Of a stretch of DNA of 55,859 nt, positions 19,850 to 30,727 are shown one piece after another. The position numbers and the translations under genes are program-made. The stretch lies in assembly GCA_001825395.1 (NCBI GenBank), contig MHWN01000005.1, positions 1 through 55,859 on the forward strand, given 5' to 3'. Source of the DNA: Candidatus Zambryskibacteria bacterium RIFCSPLOWO2_02_FULL_39_26. Lineage in GTDB: Bacteria; Patescibacteriota; Minisyncoccia; Phycocordibacterales; DATDWN01. Below the pieces are notes generated by a model. That model worked only from the letters and a program-made list of their open reading frames with translations. It searched no databases and was not told where the DNA came from. Each line of letters opens with the position of its first letter. Positions within the stretch are counted from its first letter, which is position 1.

Positions 19850-20713
19850 TTATTTGAGAAATTTTCTCGGGGAAATTTTGAGGTCAATTAGAACATTTTG
19901 ACTTAGAGGTTCTTTTTTTGAGAGCATTCTTTGCATCTGGTCGGGAGCAAGTATTTTTATAATTTTAGAAAAGAAGAAAAAAATAATTTTAGCTAAAAAA
20001 GTTGGTATAGGTATGAGTATTTTTCTGGTTTTATTTTTATTTAATACTCGGGACAAAACTTCTTTAGTGGATAATATTTCTGGTCCATTCAGTGTGTAAG
20101 TTTTAAAAATGGTTTCTTTATTGTCTACTGTAGCTATTATACTGTTTACCACGTCATCTTTATGGATTGGTGAAAATTTAATGTTATTGTCTGTCAAATA
20201 AGGCAAGATCGGACTTTTTCTGGCTAATTTTACCAAACTTGCCAAACCTTCTTTTCCTTCAAAATTATCACTATAGGACGGCCCAACGCGCAAAATGGTA
20301 TATGGTACTTTACTTCTTTTTAAAATTACCTCGGCTTCCATTTTGGATTTTCCGTAGGCTCCGCAGTTTTTGCCAACTGCTGAAGTTGAGATAAATATAA
20401 ATTGTTTTACCCTATATTTTTCTGACACTGAAACTAAGGCAGATGTCCCGTCCGTATTTATCTTTTTATACAAGCCAATGTTTTTAGGATGCGTTACCCC
20501 AGCCAAGTGAATTATTATATCTGTTTCAAATATGGCTTTTCCCCACTCTTCCACATTTTCTAAACTGCCCTGAACAATTTTTATCTCATCACCATCTTTA
20601 GAATAGAGCGCTTTTTTGTGTTCCAGTAAAGTAATGTCGTATCTATTTTTTAAAATATCAACTAGACTACCACTTAAAAAACTACTTGCACCGGTAATGA
20701 ATATTTTTTTCAT
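19850..20713 (-). CDS. NAD-dependent epimerase/dehydratase (extended SDR)
   Basis: ITGASSFLS, IHLAG, YGKSK; ATG at 20713 overlaps the upstream stop. Confidence 0.85.
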   Translation of the reverse strand: MKKIFITGASSFLSGSLVDILKNRYDITLLEHKKALYSKDGDEIKIVQGSLENVEEWGKAIFETDIIIHLAGVTHPKNIGLYKKINTDGTSALVSVSEKYRVKQFIFISTSAVGKNCGAYGKSKMEAEVILKRSKVPYTILRVGPSYSDNFEGKEGLASLVKLARKSPILPYLTDNNIKFSPIHKDDVVNSIIATVDNKETIFKTYTLNGPEILSTKEVLSRVLNKNKTRKILIPIPTFLAKIIFFFFSKIIKILAPDQMQRMLSKKEPLSQNVLIDLKISPRKFLK

Positions 20714-21438
20714 CTTTTGAACTCCTTTATACGCCACCGAATAATATTTTTGACAAATTCAAAATTAGCCTTGAAAGAAATAAAAGATTGTCTCTCGGGA
20801 TTTTTGTGAAAATCAGTCATGATAGTACCAATCCTTATATTCATCTTTCTGACTTTTATCATTATTTCTGCATCAATAAACCAGTCGTTGGATTCAAGTT
20901 TCAGCTTGTCATAAACAGCTCGAGTGAAAAGCTTTGGTTTGCCGTTTATGTCACCCTCAATTCCAAAAAACAATATTCGCATTATGAGGTTGAATGCTCG
21001 TGATATGAATTTTCTGTACAATCCATCACCTCTTGATTTTCTTACAGCCTTGCACAAATCCAGCTCTTTTTCTTTCATGGTTCTAAACAATCGAGGAATA
21101 TCTTCCGGGGGCATTTGTCCATCGCCGTCAATAACAGTGATTGTTTTTCCGTTAGCTACCTCTAGTCCGGATCTCATATCCCAGCCCATTGCTTCTTCTG
21201 GACAAGTTTTTTCTTTGATAACAGCCTTAACTCGCGGATTTGAAGATGCAATTTCTTTGATCACTTCCGGTGTTTTATCACCAGTATTCGGTCGATAATT
21301 TCCGACCAAGACTATTTCATAATCCAAATTATTTTTAGCCAAGACATCAGAAACTCGTTTGTAAAAAATCCGGGCGAATTGACCTGATTTATAACATAGA
21401 ATTACCACTGAAATTTCAGGCAAAATGAATTTTTTCAT
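20710..21438 (-). CDS. Glycosyltransferase family 2
   Basis: DGDGQ, DINGKPK, WFIDAEI. Confidence 0.85.
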   Translation of the reverse strand: MKKFILPEISVVILCYKSGQFARIFYKRVSDVLAKNNLDYEIVLVGNYRPNTGDKTPEVIKEIASSNPRVKAVIKEKTCPEEAMGWDMRSGLEVANGKTITVIDGDGQMPPEDIPRLFRTMKEKELDLCKAVRKSRGDGLYRKFISRAFNLIMRILFFGIEGDINGKPKLFTRAVYDKLKLESNDWFIDAEIMIKVRKMNIRIGTIMTDFHKNPERQSFISFKANFEFVKNIIRWRIKEFKR

Positions 21439-21511
21439 TTGAGAATTTTAGCACAAATGACCGGTTTTTCCAACGTTACATCCTGCTTGTAATATGTTAG
21501 TATTCGCCATT

Positions 21512-22585
21512 ATGAAGATTCTTTTTTGTATAAACAACCTTGGTGTTGGTGGAGCTGAACGACTTGTTGTTGATGATATAAATGAAATGTTAAATCGGGG
21601 TTATCACGTCAGACTTCTTACTCTCAAAAATGAGCCGAAATTTTCGTTATTAGATGAATTAAAACTTCCAAAAAAGTATCGGCAAACCGTTTCTTTTAGT
21701 AGTTTTTTTAATATTTTTAATTGGATAAAAGTTTTCAATTATCTTAGAAGAGAAAAACCCAACATAGTCTTAACTCACTTATGGTTTTCCAACACCATTG
21801 TCCGAATTGTATGCAAGATGGCACGAATTAATAATGTTTTTTGCTTTGAGCACAATATTTACGATACATTAAAATCAGAAAAAATGTATAAGATCGATAG
21901 GTTTCTACAAGAATGGTCTAAGAAAATAATAGCCGTCTCCTCGGCAGTTAGAAGGTCTCTTTTGAAACACGGGATAAAAGAGAAAAATATAATCACTATT
22001 AATAACGGAATCGTCATTTCAAAATACGAAAAAAGCCAGGATATATTAACTAGAGAAAAACTCGGAATACCTAAAGACACTTTTGTATTTTTAACTATCG
22101 GCAGATTAGTTTATCAAAAAGGGATCGACATACTTCTAAAAGCTTTTGCTGAAGTTAATCATAAATCTACCCTGCTTATTGTTGGTCATGGCAAGGAAGA
22201 ATACAACTTAAAAAAATTAACAACGAAACTTAATATTGATAATACAGTTCATTTTTTAGGCACTCGATCCGATATACCGAAAATTTTATCAATCTGTGAT
22301 TGTTTTGTTTTAGCCTCCAGATTTGAAGGTTTGGGCATTGTTATTCTTGAAGCTATGGCCTCAAAGAAACCGATAATTATATCTGATTTCGAAGCCGGAG
22401 AAGATATAATAAAAAATGGAGTAGAAGGTTTGGTGGTCCCGAAAGAAAATGTTGAATCATTGAAAAATGCTATAACTAGACTTAAAAGTGATCCAAATCT
22501 AATGAAGAAACTGGCTCAATCGGCTTATGAAAAAGTCCAGGACTTTTCTATACAAAATCACGTAAATAAGATACTGAATCTATGA
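21512..22585 (+). CDS. Glycosyltransferase family 4
   Basis: GGAER, GRLVYQKG, SRFEGLGIVILEAMA. Confidence 0.92.
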   Translation: MKILFCINNLGVGGAERLVVDDINEMLNRGYHVRLLTLKNEPKFSLLDELKLPKKYRQTVSFSSFFNIFNWIKVFNYLRREKPNIVLTHLWFSNTIVRIVCKMARINNVFCFEHNIYDTLKSEKMYKIDRFLQEWSKKIIAVSSAVRRSLLKHGIKEKNIITINNGIVISKYEKSQDILTREKLGIPKDTFVFLTIGRLVYQKGIDILLKAFAEVNHKSTLLIVGHGKEEYNLKKLTTKLNIDNTVHFLGTRSDIPKILSICDCFVLASRFEGLGIVILEAMASKKPIIISDFEAGEDIIKNGVEGLVVPKENVESLKNAITRLKSDPNLMKKLAQSAYEKVQDFSIQNHVNKILNL

Positions 22586-22628
22586 TAGAATCATAGATAA
22601 TTTAAAATTTTAAATTTAAAAATAATCC

Positions 22629-23417
22629 ATGTCGTTCTCAATAGAAAAAGTAGCAAAAGATTATGTTTACAGGCGTTTTACTCGGGCCTCAACAGCCGAA
22701 AAAGAAAAAATTATTAATGATTGGGTGAACAAAATTAATGATTCCCAAGCTCTTGTAGAAGATTTTAAAGATCGGGTGGGAAATCCTGCCGGCAAAAAAA
22801 TTCTTGACGTTGGATCCGGTTCTGGAGGTGTCAGCATCGCTTTCGTTTTGGCTGGTGCAAATATGACTGGCATTGATATTGAAAAAGAGCTGTATGAAAT
22901 TGCCAAACTTCATGCTGAAAATTGCAAAGTCAAAGTAAATTTTTTTCTCTATGATGGCAATAAGCTTCCATTTTCAGATAACACATTTGACTACGCCGTA
23001 TCAGTCAGCGTGTTGGAACATACCACCTCGCCAGAAAATTATCTGTCGGAAATACTTAGAGTAGTTAAGCTGGGAGGAAAGTGTTATCTGGCTTTTCCAA
23101 ACAAATTTTGGCCGAAAGAAACCCACACAGGAATATGGGGTTTGACTTATTCCCCGGCATTTATGAGGTCGATAATTATTAAAATTTTAAGAAAGAATCC
23201 GCTGGAAGAAAATAATCTGCATTTTTACACTTATTTTGACCTAATGCGAATGATAAAAACAGTAAAGACTGGAGAATTTTCTTGGTATCTTATTCCGGAG
23301 CAAGGCAAGGCCAAATCCGGTATCAAAAAAATAATAAAAGATCTTCTATCTATCTTTGGCTTATCTTATAAAGTCTTTCTTTCTCACGTTTTAGTTATTT
23401 TGGAAAAGAGAAGTTAA
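22629..23417 (+). CDS. Class I SAM-dependent methyltransferase
   Basis: ILDVGSGSG, LPFSDNTFD, VLEH. Confidence 0.88.
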   Translation: MSFSIEKVAKDYVYRRFTRASTAEKEKIINDWVNKINDSQALVEDFKDRVGNPAGKKILDVGSGSGGVSIAFVLAGANMTGIDIEKELYEIAKLHAENCKVKVNFFLYDGNKLPFSDNTFDYAVSVSVLEHTTSPENYLSEILRVVKLGGKCYLAFPNKFWPKETHTGIWGLTYSPAFMRSIIIKILRKNPLEENNLHFYTYFDLMRMIKTVKTGEFSWYLIPEQGKAKSGIKKIIKDLLSIFGLSYKVFLSHVLVILEKRS

Positions 23418-23421
23418 TTTT

Positions 23422-24552
23422 ATGATTAGTATTAGACCAAAAGTTGCGTTAATGAGTTATGCTATGGATAATCGATCGGCCAAGGGCATTGCTCTATATA
23501 CCCGGAAACTTATAGAAGGACTGGTTTCTTCAAATGAAATTGATTTTTATTTAGTTCATTATGATGAAGTGATGGATCCCCTTTATAAAAAAGCTCATGA
23601 AATAATAATGCCCAAAGTCAGACTGCCGTACGGTTCACGATTTATTTCCCAACTTTTATTCTTTTGGAAATACAGGAAACAGCCATTTGATGTTGTGCAC
23701 TGGTTTCATCCGAGAGTTTATCCATTCTATTGGCTTGTTCCAGCAAAAAAAATTATTGTTACTGTTCACGGGGCGGGAGACATAACAGCTCCAACATATT
23801 TTGTATTTTCACGTTCGGTTTTCAATTTTATTTTAAAACATTTTCACAAATCAATAGATACAGTTATCGTTGATTCAAATTTTGCCAAGGCAGAAGTTGT
23901 TGAGCACTACGGGTTTCCAGAGGAAAAAGTCAAAGTTATTTATCTGGGAGGTGGTGAAATATACAAGTCCTTAGATAAAACCGAGTCACTAAGCGCTGTT
24001 TGGGAAAGATATGGATTCAGTGGGAATTATATTCTTGATATCTCCCGTCTTCAGCCACACAAAAATGTTTCATCCTTAATTAGAGCCTACTCTGAAATGA
24101 GGTCCAAATATTCCGAACACAACCAAAAACTCCTAATTGTGGGTGGTGGAGCTTATAAGAAAGTTTATGAATATGCCGTAGCCGATAATTCTCCATTTAA
24201 AAATGATATTATTTTTATTGAATTTGCCAAAAAAGAAGATTTGAATTTTATATATTCAGGCAGTGATCTTTTTGTTTTTCCTTCTTTAAATGAGGGTTTC
24301 GGTCTTCCAGTTTTAGAAGCAATGGCTAGCGGGGTTCCTGTTATTACCTCCAACGTAACATCCATGCCAGAAATTGGTGGAAATGCAGTTTTAACTCTTG
24401 ATCCGTTAGATGTTGCAGGATTAGCTCGTTCTATGCGGAAAGTGCTTTTAGATGGGGAACTTAGAGAGAAAATGGTAAGATTAGGGTTAGAACAAGCAAA
24501 GAAATTCACCTGGCAGTCTACGGTGGAGGAAACAAAAAAATTATACTTATAA
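23422..24552 (+). CDS. Glycosyltransferase family 4 (mannosyltransferase-like)
   Basis: PHKN, FPSLNEGFGLPVLEAMASG. Confidence 0.92.
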   Translation: MISIRPKVALMSYAMDNRSAKGIALYTRKLIEGLVSSNEIDFYLVHYDEVMDPLYKKAHEIIMPKVRLPYGSRFISQLLFFWKYRKQPFDVVHWFHPRVYPFYWLVPAKKIIVTVHGAGDITAPTYFVFSRSVFNFILKHFHKSIDTVIVDSNFAKAEVVEHYGFPEEKVKVIYLGGGEIYKSLDKTESLSAVWERYGFSGNYILDISRLQPHKNVSSLIRAYSEMRSKYSEHNQKLLIVGGGAYKKVYEYAVADNSPFKNDIIFIEFAKKEDLNFIYSGSDLFVFPSLNEGFGLPVLEAMASGVPVITSNVTSMPEIGGNAVLTLDPLDVAGLARSMRKVLLDGELREKMVRLGLEQAKKFTWQSTVEETKKLYL

Positions 24553-24553
24553 A

Positions 24554-25408
24554 ATGCAAGATTCCTTTAATTCAAAAATGGATACACTAATTCATAATCC
24601 TCTACAAAAGACGGCTTTTCAGAAGTTGATTTTTAAAAAAGATTTGCAGATTTTCAATGTCAAAGACAAAGTTATTTACTGTGTGGAGGAATTAGGGGCA
24701 AGTTTTGATAAAAAAAGTAACGATGCTTTTGTAAATAAGATAAAAGTTTTTATTAAAAAAAGCCCGAAGATTTTTAGTTTTATTTACAACTTAATGAATC
24801 CTTCCTTTGCTAAAACAAATGCAAAAACGGTCGTAAATGATATTCCAGTGGGTAAAGTGATTCTAAATTTGGGTTCCGGAGCGACTTCCATACGTCCAGA
24901 TGTTATAAATATAGATTTTTATCCGTTTGAAAATGTTAATTTCGTGGCTGATATCGCCGATCTGCCGTTTGAAGATAAAGTTGCGGATGTTGTTATTTCT
25001 GAATGTGTCTTGGAACATACACCCGATCCAGAAAAGGTAGTAAGTGAGATCTACCGAGTTTTAAAACCAAAAGGCTTGGTTTATTTAGTGGTGCCATTTG
25101 TCTTTAGTTTTCATTCTTCTCCATATGATTTTTATAGATGGAGCAAGATGGGTCTTGAGGAACAGTTTAAGGATTTTAGAAAGATTGACTCTGGTATACA
25201 TTTTGGTTCAGGCAACGCTCTAAACTGGATTTTGGCAGAATATTTTGCCACCCTTTTCTCTTTTGGTTTTAATATGTTACATCAAATATTTTATATATTT
25301 TTTATGATTCTTTTTGTGCCACTAGGTTATTTGGATTTTTTCTTGAATAAAATAAAAACTAGTGAAAACATTGCTAGCCATATTTATTTCTTGGGACAGA
25401 AGAGGTAA
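24554..25408 (+). CDS. Class I SAM-dependent methyltransferase
   Basis: LNLGSG, VLEH, RVLKPKG, HSSPYDFYRW. Confidence 0.88.
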   Translation: MQDSFNSKMDTLIHNPLQKTAFQKLIFKKDLQIFNVKDKVIYCVEELGASFDKKSNDAFVNKIKVFIKKSPKIFSFIYNLMNPSFAKTNAKTVVNDIPVGKVILNLGSGATSIRPDVINIDFYPFENVNFVADIADLPFEDKVADVVISECVLEHTPDPEKVVSEIYRVLKPKGLVYLVVPFVFSFHSSPYDFYRWSKMGLEEQFKDFRKIDSGIHFGSGNALNWILAEYFATLFSFGFNMLHQIFYIFFMILFVPLGYLDFFLNKIKTSENIASHIYFLGQKR

Positions 25409-25446
25409 TTTTCAATTTTCAATTTCTAATTTCTAAACAATTTTCA
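25407..25446. repeat. Intergenic heptamer repeat (AATTTTC/AATTTCT)
   Basis: AATTTTC AATTTTC AATTTCT AATTTCT ... AATTTTC; reverse complement of the unit at 6220. Confidence 0.75.
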
Positions 25447-27210
25447 ATGATTAAATTTTTAATTAAAAACCATTGGAGAGCCTTGGTTCTGGCTTTTTGT
25501 GTTGGGATCATAATTTTGTTGCCAACTTTGCTTTCAATTCAAAAAATCGGATTGGATAATTTCAAAGGAATTTATCCGATGTTAAGCGATGACGAAGACC
25601 ATTATATGGCCGAAGTCAAAGAGGCCTATGACGGACATTTCAGTATGGGTAATCCGTATATCAAGGAATATAAGGAGACGCTCTATACCCAACCCCCGGT
25701 AGGGCCCGCATATTATGCTATATTTGCCAAAGTATTTAATGTTTCTGTGGGAACGGCTACCACCATAAATGATTTTATTTTGCCGTTTATCGCGGTTTTG
25801 CTTTTGTACAGCTTATTTTTTTTAATAACAAAATCAAGAAAGATATCTTTAATTTTTTCCGCAATATTTTTTATTTCCTTTACATCTTCTTTTAATCGCC
25901 TAGTTAATCCGCAACTAAGTTTTATCTTTCTTCTGTCCGGTCTCTGCCTTATATGGCTTATCGTGGATAAAAAGCATTCGAAAAAAGAATTGATTAAATA
26001 TAATTTATTATTATCGGTTATTTTCGGCATTTTAGTTTATATTTATCCATTTTATTGGATGACCATCGGAGTTGTTTATGTTTTATTAACTTCTTTCAGA
26101 GCACTAATAGAAAAGGACTTTAAATATTGTTTGCAAAATTGGATTTATTTTTTTATCCCGGCCATTCTCTGGTCCGTGCCTTTTTTGCTTCACGCCCAAA
26201 AACTTTTTATCAGTCCGCTATTTGACGAAACCAATCTGCGTAATGGGTTCATTAACACCCACATACCAGGTTCTTTCGTAAACATTGCTATTATGATTAT
26301 TTGTTTGCCTCTGGTTTATTTGATTTGGAAATTGGCAAAAAGAGAAAGATCATGGCCTGAAACAAAACTGGTCTTTCTGGGAATCTCGCTTGTTCTCGGT
26401 GGCATTATTTTGAATTGGCAAAATATTATTACCGGAAAAATTATTCAATTTGCTCCGCACTTTTATCCGATTGAGATTTTGTTTGTTTGCATTATTCTGG
26501 TCATATCAAGCTTATTTATTGATATAAAAAAACTTTCCAAATACAGTTTGGCTTTACTCTGTCTCGTGGTTATTTTTACGAGCGGAATTTTTTACAAGCA
26601 AAGAGGTGAGATTTTATACGCTCTGAAAATCATTGTTTCACCAAAAGATATTGGGACTACTCAAAATCTTGGAGATGTGACAACTTGGCTTAACGACAAT
26701 ACTCCGGGAGATTCCGTTGCCTATGTATTGGGCAAGGATTATATATGGGCTATTCCTATCTATACCCGCAACAATCTTTATTTTAACAGTAACGCCGGAC
26801 TTTCTCTCATGTCCGACACCGAACTTGAAAATAGATGGGTTATTTCTCGTTTTTTTGAGAATATAGACGAGAATGCGGTTCGGAAAGCCAGTAGAGAAAT
26901 ATGGACAAATAAATTCATTGAAACCTACCAAAGCAAGGAATCAAGAAGAAAAATTTTAAAGTTGATTATCGGCAATGCATACCCAGAGACGCCATCGGGA
27001 GATCAAAGTTATATTGATAAAGTTTTAAACGCTTACAATAAATATAAAAACATCGGTTTTGAAAAAGCGATTAAAACTTATGAAGTTGATTACATAGTTT
27101 TGGATAAATCCTATGAGAAATATCCAGAGGTTGTGGAAAAATTTAAATTTTATAGATTTTTGACTTTTTTGACACAAATTGGCGATACCTCCATTTACAA
27201 AGTAAATTAG
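25447..27210 (+). CDS. Polytopic membrane protein, probable GT-C glycosyltransferase
   Basis: DDEDHY after the first TM helix, many TM helices, soluble C-terminal domain ending YEVDYIV. Confidence 0.6.
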   Translation: MIKFLIKNHWRALVLAFCVGIIILLPTLLSIQKIGLDNFKGIYPMLSDDEDHYMAEVKEAYDGHFSMGNPYIKEYKETLYTQPPVGPAYYAIFAKVFNVSVGTATTINDFILPFIAVLLLYSLFFLITKSRKISLIFSAIFFISFTSSFNRLVNPQLSFIFLLSGLCLIWLIVDKKHSKKELIKYNLLLSVIFGILVYIYPFYWMTIGVVYVLLTSFRALIEKDFKYCLQNWIYFFIPAILWSVPFLLHAQKLFISPLFDETNLRNGFINTHIPGSFVNIAIMIICLPLVYLIWKLAKRERSWPETKLVFLGISLVLGGIILNWQNIITGKIIQFAPHFYPIEILFVCIILVISSLFIDIKKLSKYSLALLCLVVIFTSGIFYKQRGEILYALKIIVSPKDIGTTQNLGDVTTWLNDNTPGDSVAYVLGKDYIWAIPIYTRNNLYFNSNAGLSLMSDTELENRWVISRFFENIDENAVRKASREIWTNKFIETYQSKESRRKILKLIIGNAYPETPSGDQSYIDKVLNAYNKYKNIGFEKAIKTYEVDYIVLDKSYEKYPEVVEKFKFYRFLTFLTQIGDTSIYKVN

Positions 27211-27261
27211 AGTGTTTATGATTTGTGATATTTTGCTTTCCTGGTATTATTGGATGATTGT

Positions 27262-27990
27262 ATGAAACTTATTAATACTCTTCTTTCAAGACAGTTTCTT
27301 TCCAGGATGCGACTTTGGAGGCTTGGGCCTCTTTTTCCGTTAATGGCTAAATATATGAAAGGGGATGTATTGGATATAGGTGGCAGGGATTTTTTCTTAT
27401 TTGCCCAAAACAATAAAAAAATATCTTTCAATTCCTGGACTTCGCTGGACCTGAAGGAAAGCGCAACAAACTTTTCCGATTCTCGTTACAAATTGGTTGT
27501 GGGTGACGGAGAAAAAGCGCCGTTTGGAGATAAAAGTTTTCAAACAATTCTAAATATTCAAGTTATGGAACACACTCTTCATCCAGAGCAGATGCTTAAA
27601 GAAATTAGACGCTTACTAAAAGATGGGGGAGTGGCAATAATAGTTGTTCCTCAAAACGCCGCCATGCACGAAATACCAACCCACTACTATAATTTCACAC
27701 GCTATTGGGCGGAGAGGGTATTTTCAGAAACCGGTCTCGTTATAAAAGATTTTATCCCAATAGGTGGTAAATGGAGTACGCATGCTTCTCATATGTTTGA
27801 TTTTTTTCTGAAAGCTTTCAGGTGGGATTGGTCTTCTTCTCCGGAATACAAGCGAAATTTTCTTTTTTACCTTCTTTTTCCATTTATGTGTATTTACGCA
27901 TTCTTGGGTATAGTAATAGGACTTATTTTTTCCTTCGGTGATTTAACTGAAGACCCAAATAATCTCATTATTGTTGCTACAAATAAATAA
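27262..27990 (+). CDS. Class I SAM-dependent methyltransferase
   Basis: VLDIGG, QVMEH, HEIPTHYYNFT. Confidence 0.85.
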   Translation: MKLINTLLSRQFLSRMRLWRLGPLFPLMAKYMKGDVLDIGGRDFFLFAQNNKKISFNSWTSLDLKESATNFSDSRYKLVVGDGEKAPFGDKSFQTILNIQVMEHTLHPEQMLKEIRRLLKDGGVAIIVVPQNAAMHEIPTHYYNFTRYWAERVFSETGLVIKDFIPIGGKWSTHASHMFDFFLKAFRWDWSSSPEYKRNFLFYLLFPFMCIYAFLGIVIGLIFSFGDLTEDPNNLIIVATNK

Positions 27991-28039
27991 TAAATCTATA
28001 CTCGGCGTGACTCGTTTTTTGTGTTAATATAGGCCTATT

Positions 28040-28654
28040 ATGGCTCCTTGGGACCAGTTTTTCAGAGAAAAAGTGACAAAAATACTGAACGAAAAGAGCA
28101 GAGTTATTGATATTGGCGGGGGACTGCGAGTTTCAAAAAAGAAAGGTAATCGCTTTGACCCAGAAAGAAGCTGGATTCTGCCGATGCTAGAAAAAGTGAA
28201 TTATCTTATTATGGATTCGGTTCCTGATTTTAGTCCAGATATCGTTGGCGATATACATAAAATGCCTTTTGCTGACAATTCCGAGAAGGCCATAATCTGC
28301 TTGGCTGTTCTTGAGCACGTTGAAAATCCTTGGAAGGCAAGTGAAGAAATGCATCGTGTCTTAAAACCGGGAGGTTACTGCTTTATTTATGTGCCGTTTC
28401 TCTACTACTATCACGCCGAAAAAACATACTACAAAGATTATTGGCGCTTTACCAAAGATTCTTTACCAGTCCTGTTTAAAAACTTTTCCAAAATGGAAAT
28501 ATCTCCAGTCCGTGGAGCGGTCGGGACACTCATAAGACTCTCTCCTTTGGGCAGGTTTAAACTTTTTGAAAATCTGGGATATTTTTTAGATAAAGTTTCC
28601 GGAAAACTAAAAACTAATCAAGTCAGTGGATACTATATTTTCTTGATTAAATAA
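28040..28654 (+). CDS. Class I SAM-dependent methyltransferase
   Basis: IDIGGG, AVLEH, RVLKPGG, DYWRFT. Confidence 0.88.
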   Translation: MAPWDQFFREKVTKILNEKSRVIDIGGGLRVSKKKGNRFDPERSWILPMLEKVNYLIMDSVPDFSPDIVGDIHKMPFADNSEKAIICLAVLEHVENPWKASEEMHRVLKPGGYCFIYVPFLYYYHAEKTYYKDYWRFTKDSLPVLFKNFSKMEISPVRGAVGTLIRLSPLGRFKLFENLGYFLDKVSGKLKTNQVSGYYIFLIK

Positions 28655-28655
28655 T

Positions 28656-29780
28656 ATGAAACTCGTCTACATTTCCAATAGTCGAATGCCAAGCGAATAT
28701 GCCCACGGCTTACAAGTGATGCAGATGTGCGAGGCTTTTGTTCAAAATGGATGTGATGTGGAGTTAATCGTTCCCAAAAGAGTTAATAAAATAAAAAAAG
28801 ATCCTTTTTCTTACTATAGTATTAAGAAAAGTTTCTCCATCAAAAAACTACTCAATTTAGATTTTATTTTTCTTAACAATGCTGGTATATTTTTCTGGAT
28901 CCAGACATTGACGTTTTTGTTATCTGTAAAAATTTACCTTTTATTTAAAAAATATAATGTTTTATATACTCGTGAGCAGTTGGTTGGGTTTTTTTTCAAG
29001 AATTTTGTTTTAGAAATTCACTCTTTACCCAAAAATATAAAATCTTTTCATTTATATATTTGGAAAAAAGCCGACCGTTTAGTTGTGCTGACTCCTTTTA
29101 TTAAAAAACGTTTAATTGATCTGGGAATTTCCGAAGATAAAATTTTAGTTGCGCCGGATGGGGTCGATCTTCAAAGGTTTGATCTAAATCTACCTAAAAA
29201 TGAAGCCAGAGTCAGACTCAATCTTCCTAAGGATAAAAAATTAATAGGTTATGTTGGAGCTTTTAGAACTTTAGGTATGGAAAAGGGTCTGGATGTTGCC
29301 ATCCTAGCCATGAAGGCGCTTCCAATAGATGCTATATTGGTTCTGGTGGGGGGTCATCTCCAAGACATTGAGTATTATAAGAATTTGAGTCACAAAATAG
29401 GTGTGGAGAAAAAAATAATTCTCATAGGTAGAGTTGATTACAAACTAGTGCCTATATATTTACAAGCCTTTGATGTTTTGATTGCCCCTTTTCCAGAAAC
29501 GGAGCATTATAATTACTATATGTCTCCAATGAAGATTTTTGAATATATGGCTGCTAAAAGACCCATTATTTCGACTAAATTGCCCTCTTTAGTGGCTATA
29601 ATTGGCGGTGGTGAGGCTTTTTTGGTGGCCCCGGGGAGTAGTAAGGATTTGGCAGAAGGTATGGCCAAAATCCTTCAAGATGAGCCTTTTGGCCAAAAAC
29701 TAATAGAAAGAGCAAACGAGAAGATAAAGGATCTAACCTGGGCAAAAAGAGTCCAAAAGATAATTGAGTTTATAAAATGA
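28656..29780 (+). CDS. Glycosyltransferase family 4
   Basis: PDGVD, EKG, SPMKIFEYMAA. Confidence 0.9.
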   Translation: MKLVYISNSRMPSEYAHGLQVMQMCEAFVQNGCDVELIVPKRVNKIKKDPFSYYSIKKSFSIKKLLNLDFIFLNNAGIFFWIQTLTFLLSVKIYLLFKKYNVLYTREQLVGFFFKNFVLEIHSLPKNIKSFHLYIWKKADRLVVLTPFIKKRLIDLGISEDKILVAPDGVDLQRFDLNLPKNEARVRLNLPKDKKLIGYVGAFRTLGMEKGLDVAILAMKALPIDAILVLVGGHLQDIEYYKNLSHKIGVEKKIILIGRVDYKLVPIYLQAFDVLIAPFPETEHYNYYMSPMKIFEYMAAKRPIISTKLPSLVAIIGGGEAFLVAPGSSKDLAEGMAKILQDEPFGQKLIERANEKIKDLTWAKRVQKIIEFIK

Positions 29781-30727
29781 AAAAATTAATCAAAAAAGGA
29801 ATAAAACATGTTGTGGTCAATACAGCGTATCATTCCGGCTTAGCCAAACTGTTTGGTAGTTTTCATGGACAAAAAGTTTTTTGCGTAGGCTATCACAGTA
29901 TAAGGGATGATAAGAATGAAGAAAAACTAGATACTTCTCTCTATCACAATATTTCTGTAAAAAAGAAAGATTTTGAAGACCAGTTAGTTTTTATGAAAAA
30001 AAACGGACACACCTTCTTAACCTTCAAGGATTTGGAAAGGAAAGATTTAGAAAAAATAAAAAAACCGACAATAATTTTTTTTGACGACGGCTTCAAAGAT
30101 GTTTTACTTAATGCTCTGCCTGTTTTGAAAAAACATAAAATACCTGCCACTCTTTTTGTTACTGTGGGACTTTTGGACAGGACTCATATTCTTTGGACAA
30201 TCAAACTTCGATATCTTTTGAAGAAGGCGGGATTGAACCACAAACACATAGAGGAGCATATTATGAAATTAAAGGGGTTAGATAGGGAAAAAAGAAATTC
30301 AGAAATAGAGAAAATCGAAACGAAATACAAAGTAAAACTTGATTCGCACTGCCTTGACATTTTTCTCAATTGGCAAGAAGTTCTTCAGCTTAAAAAGGAT
30401 GGATTTGAAATAGGATCGCATGGCATTCAGCATGAAAAATTTTCTGAATTAGATCCAGCTAACCTTCACAAGGAGATAAACGACTCGAAATCTATTATTG
30501 AAGGGAAAATCGGTAAAATTGTTGCTATCTCGTATCCTTATGGAAGAACCAATGAAAAAATCAAGAATATGTCCAAACAAGCTGGATACTCATATGGGCT
30601 TGGCACGGGTCACGGATACAATAAATTGCATGATATTTTAACGGGTCCATTTGATTTGAAAAGAATTACTCCGGGACCGGGGGATTCACTTAGCAGATTT
30701 GCTGTGGAGCTTTATATGAATATTTGA
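29777..30727 (+). CDS. Polysaccharide deacetylase (CE4/NodB-like)
   Basis: YH, FFDDG, EIGSHGIQH, SYPYG. Confidence 0.88.
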   Translation: MKKLIKKGIKHVVVNTAYHSGLAKLFGSFHGQKVFCVGYHSIRDDKNEEKLDTSLYHNISVKKKDFEDQLVFMKKNGHTFLTFKDLERKDLEKIKKPTIIFFDDGFKDVLLNALPVLKKHKIPATLFVTVGLLDRTHILWTIKLRYLLKKAGLNHKHIEEHIMKLKGLDREKRNSEIEKIETKYKVKLDSHCLDIFLNWQEVLQLKKDGFEIGSHGIQHEKFSELDPANLHKEINDSKSIIEGKIGKIVAISYPYGRTNEKIKNMSKQAGYSYGLGTGHGYNKLHDILTGPFDLKRITPGPGDSLSRFAVELYMNI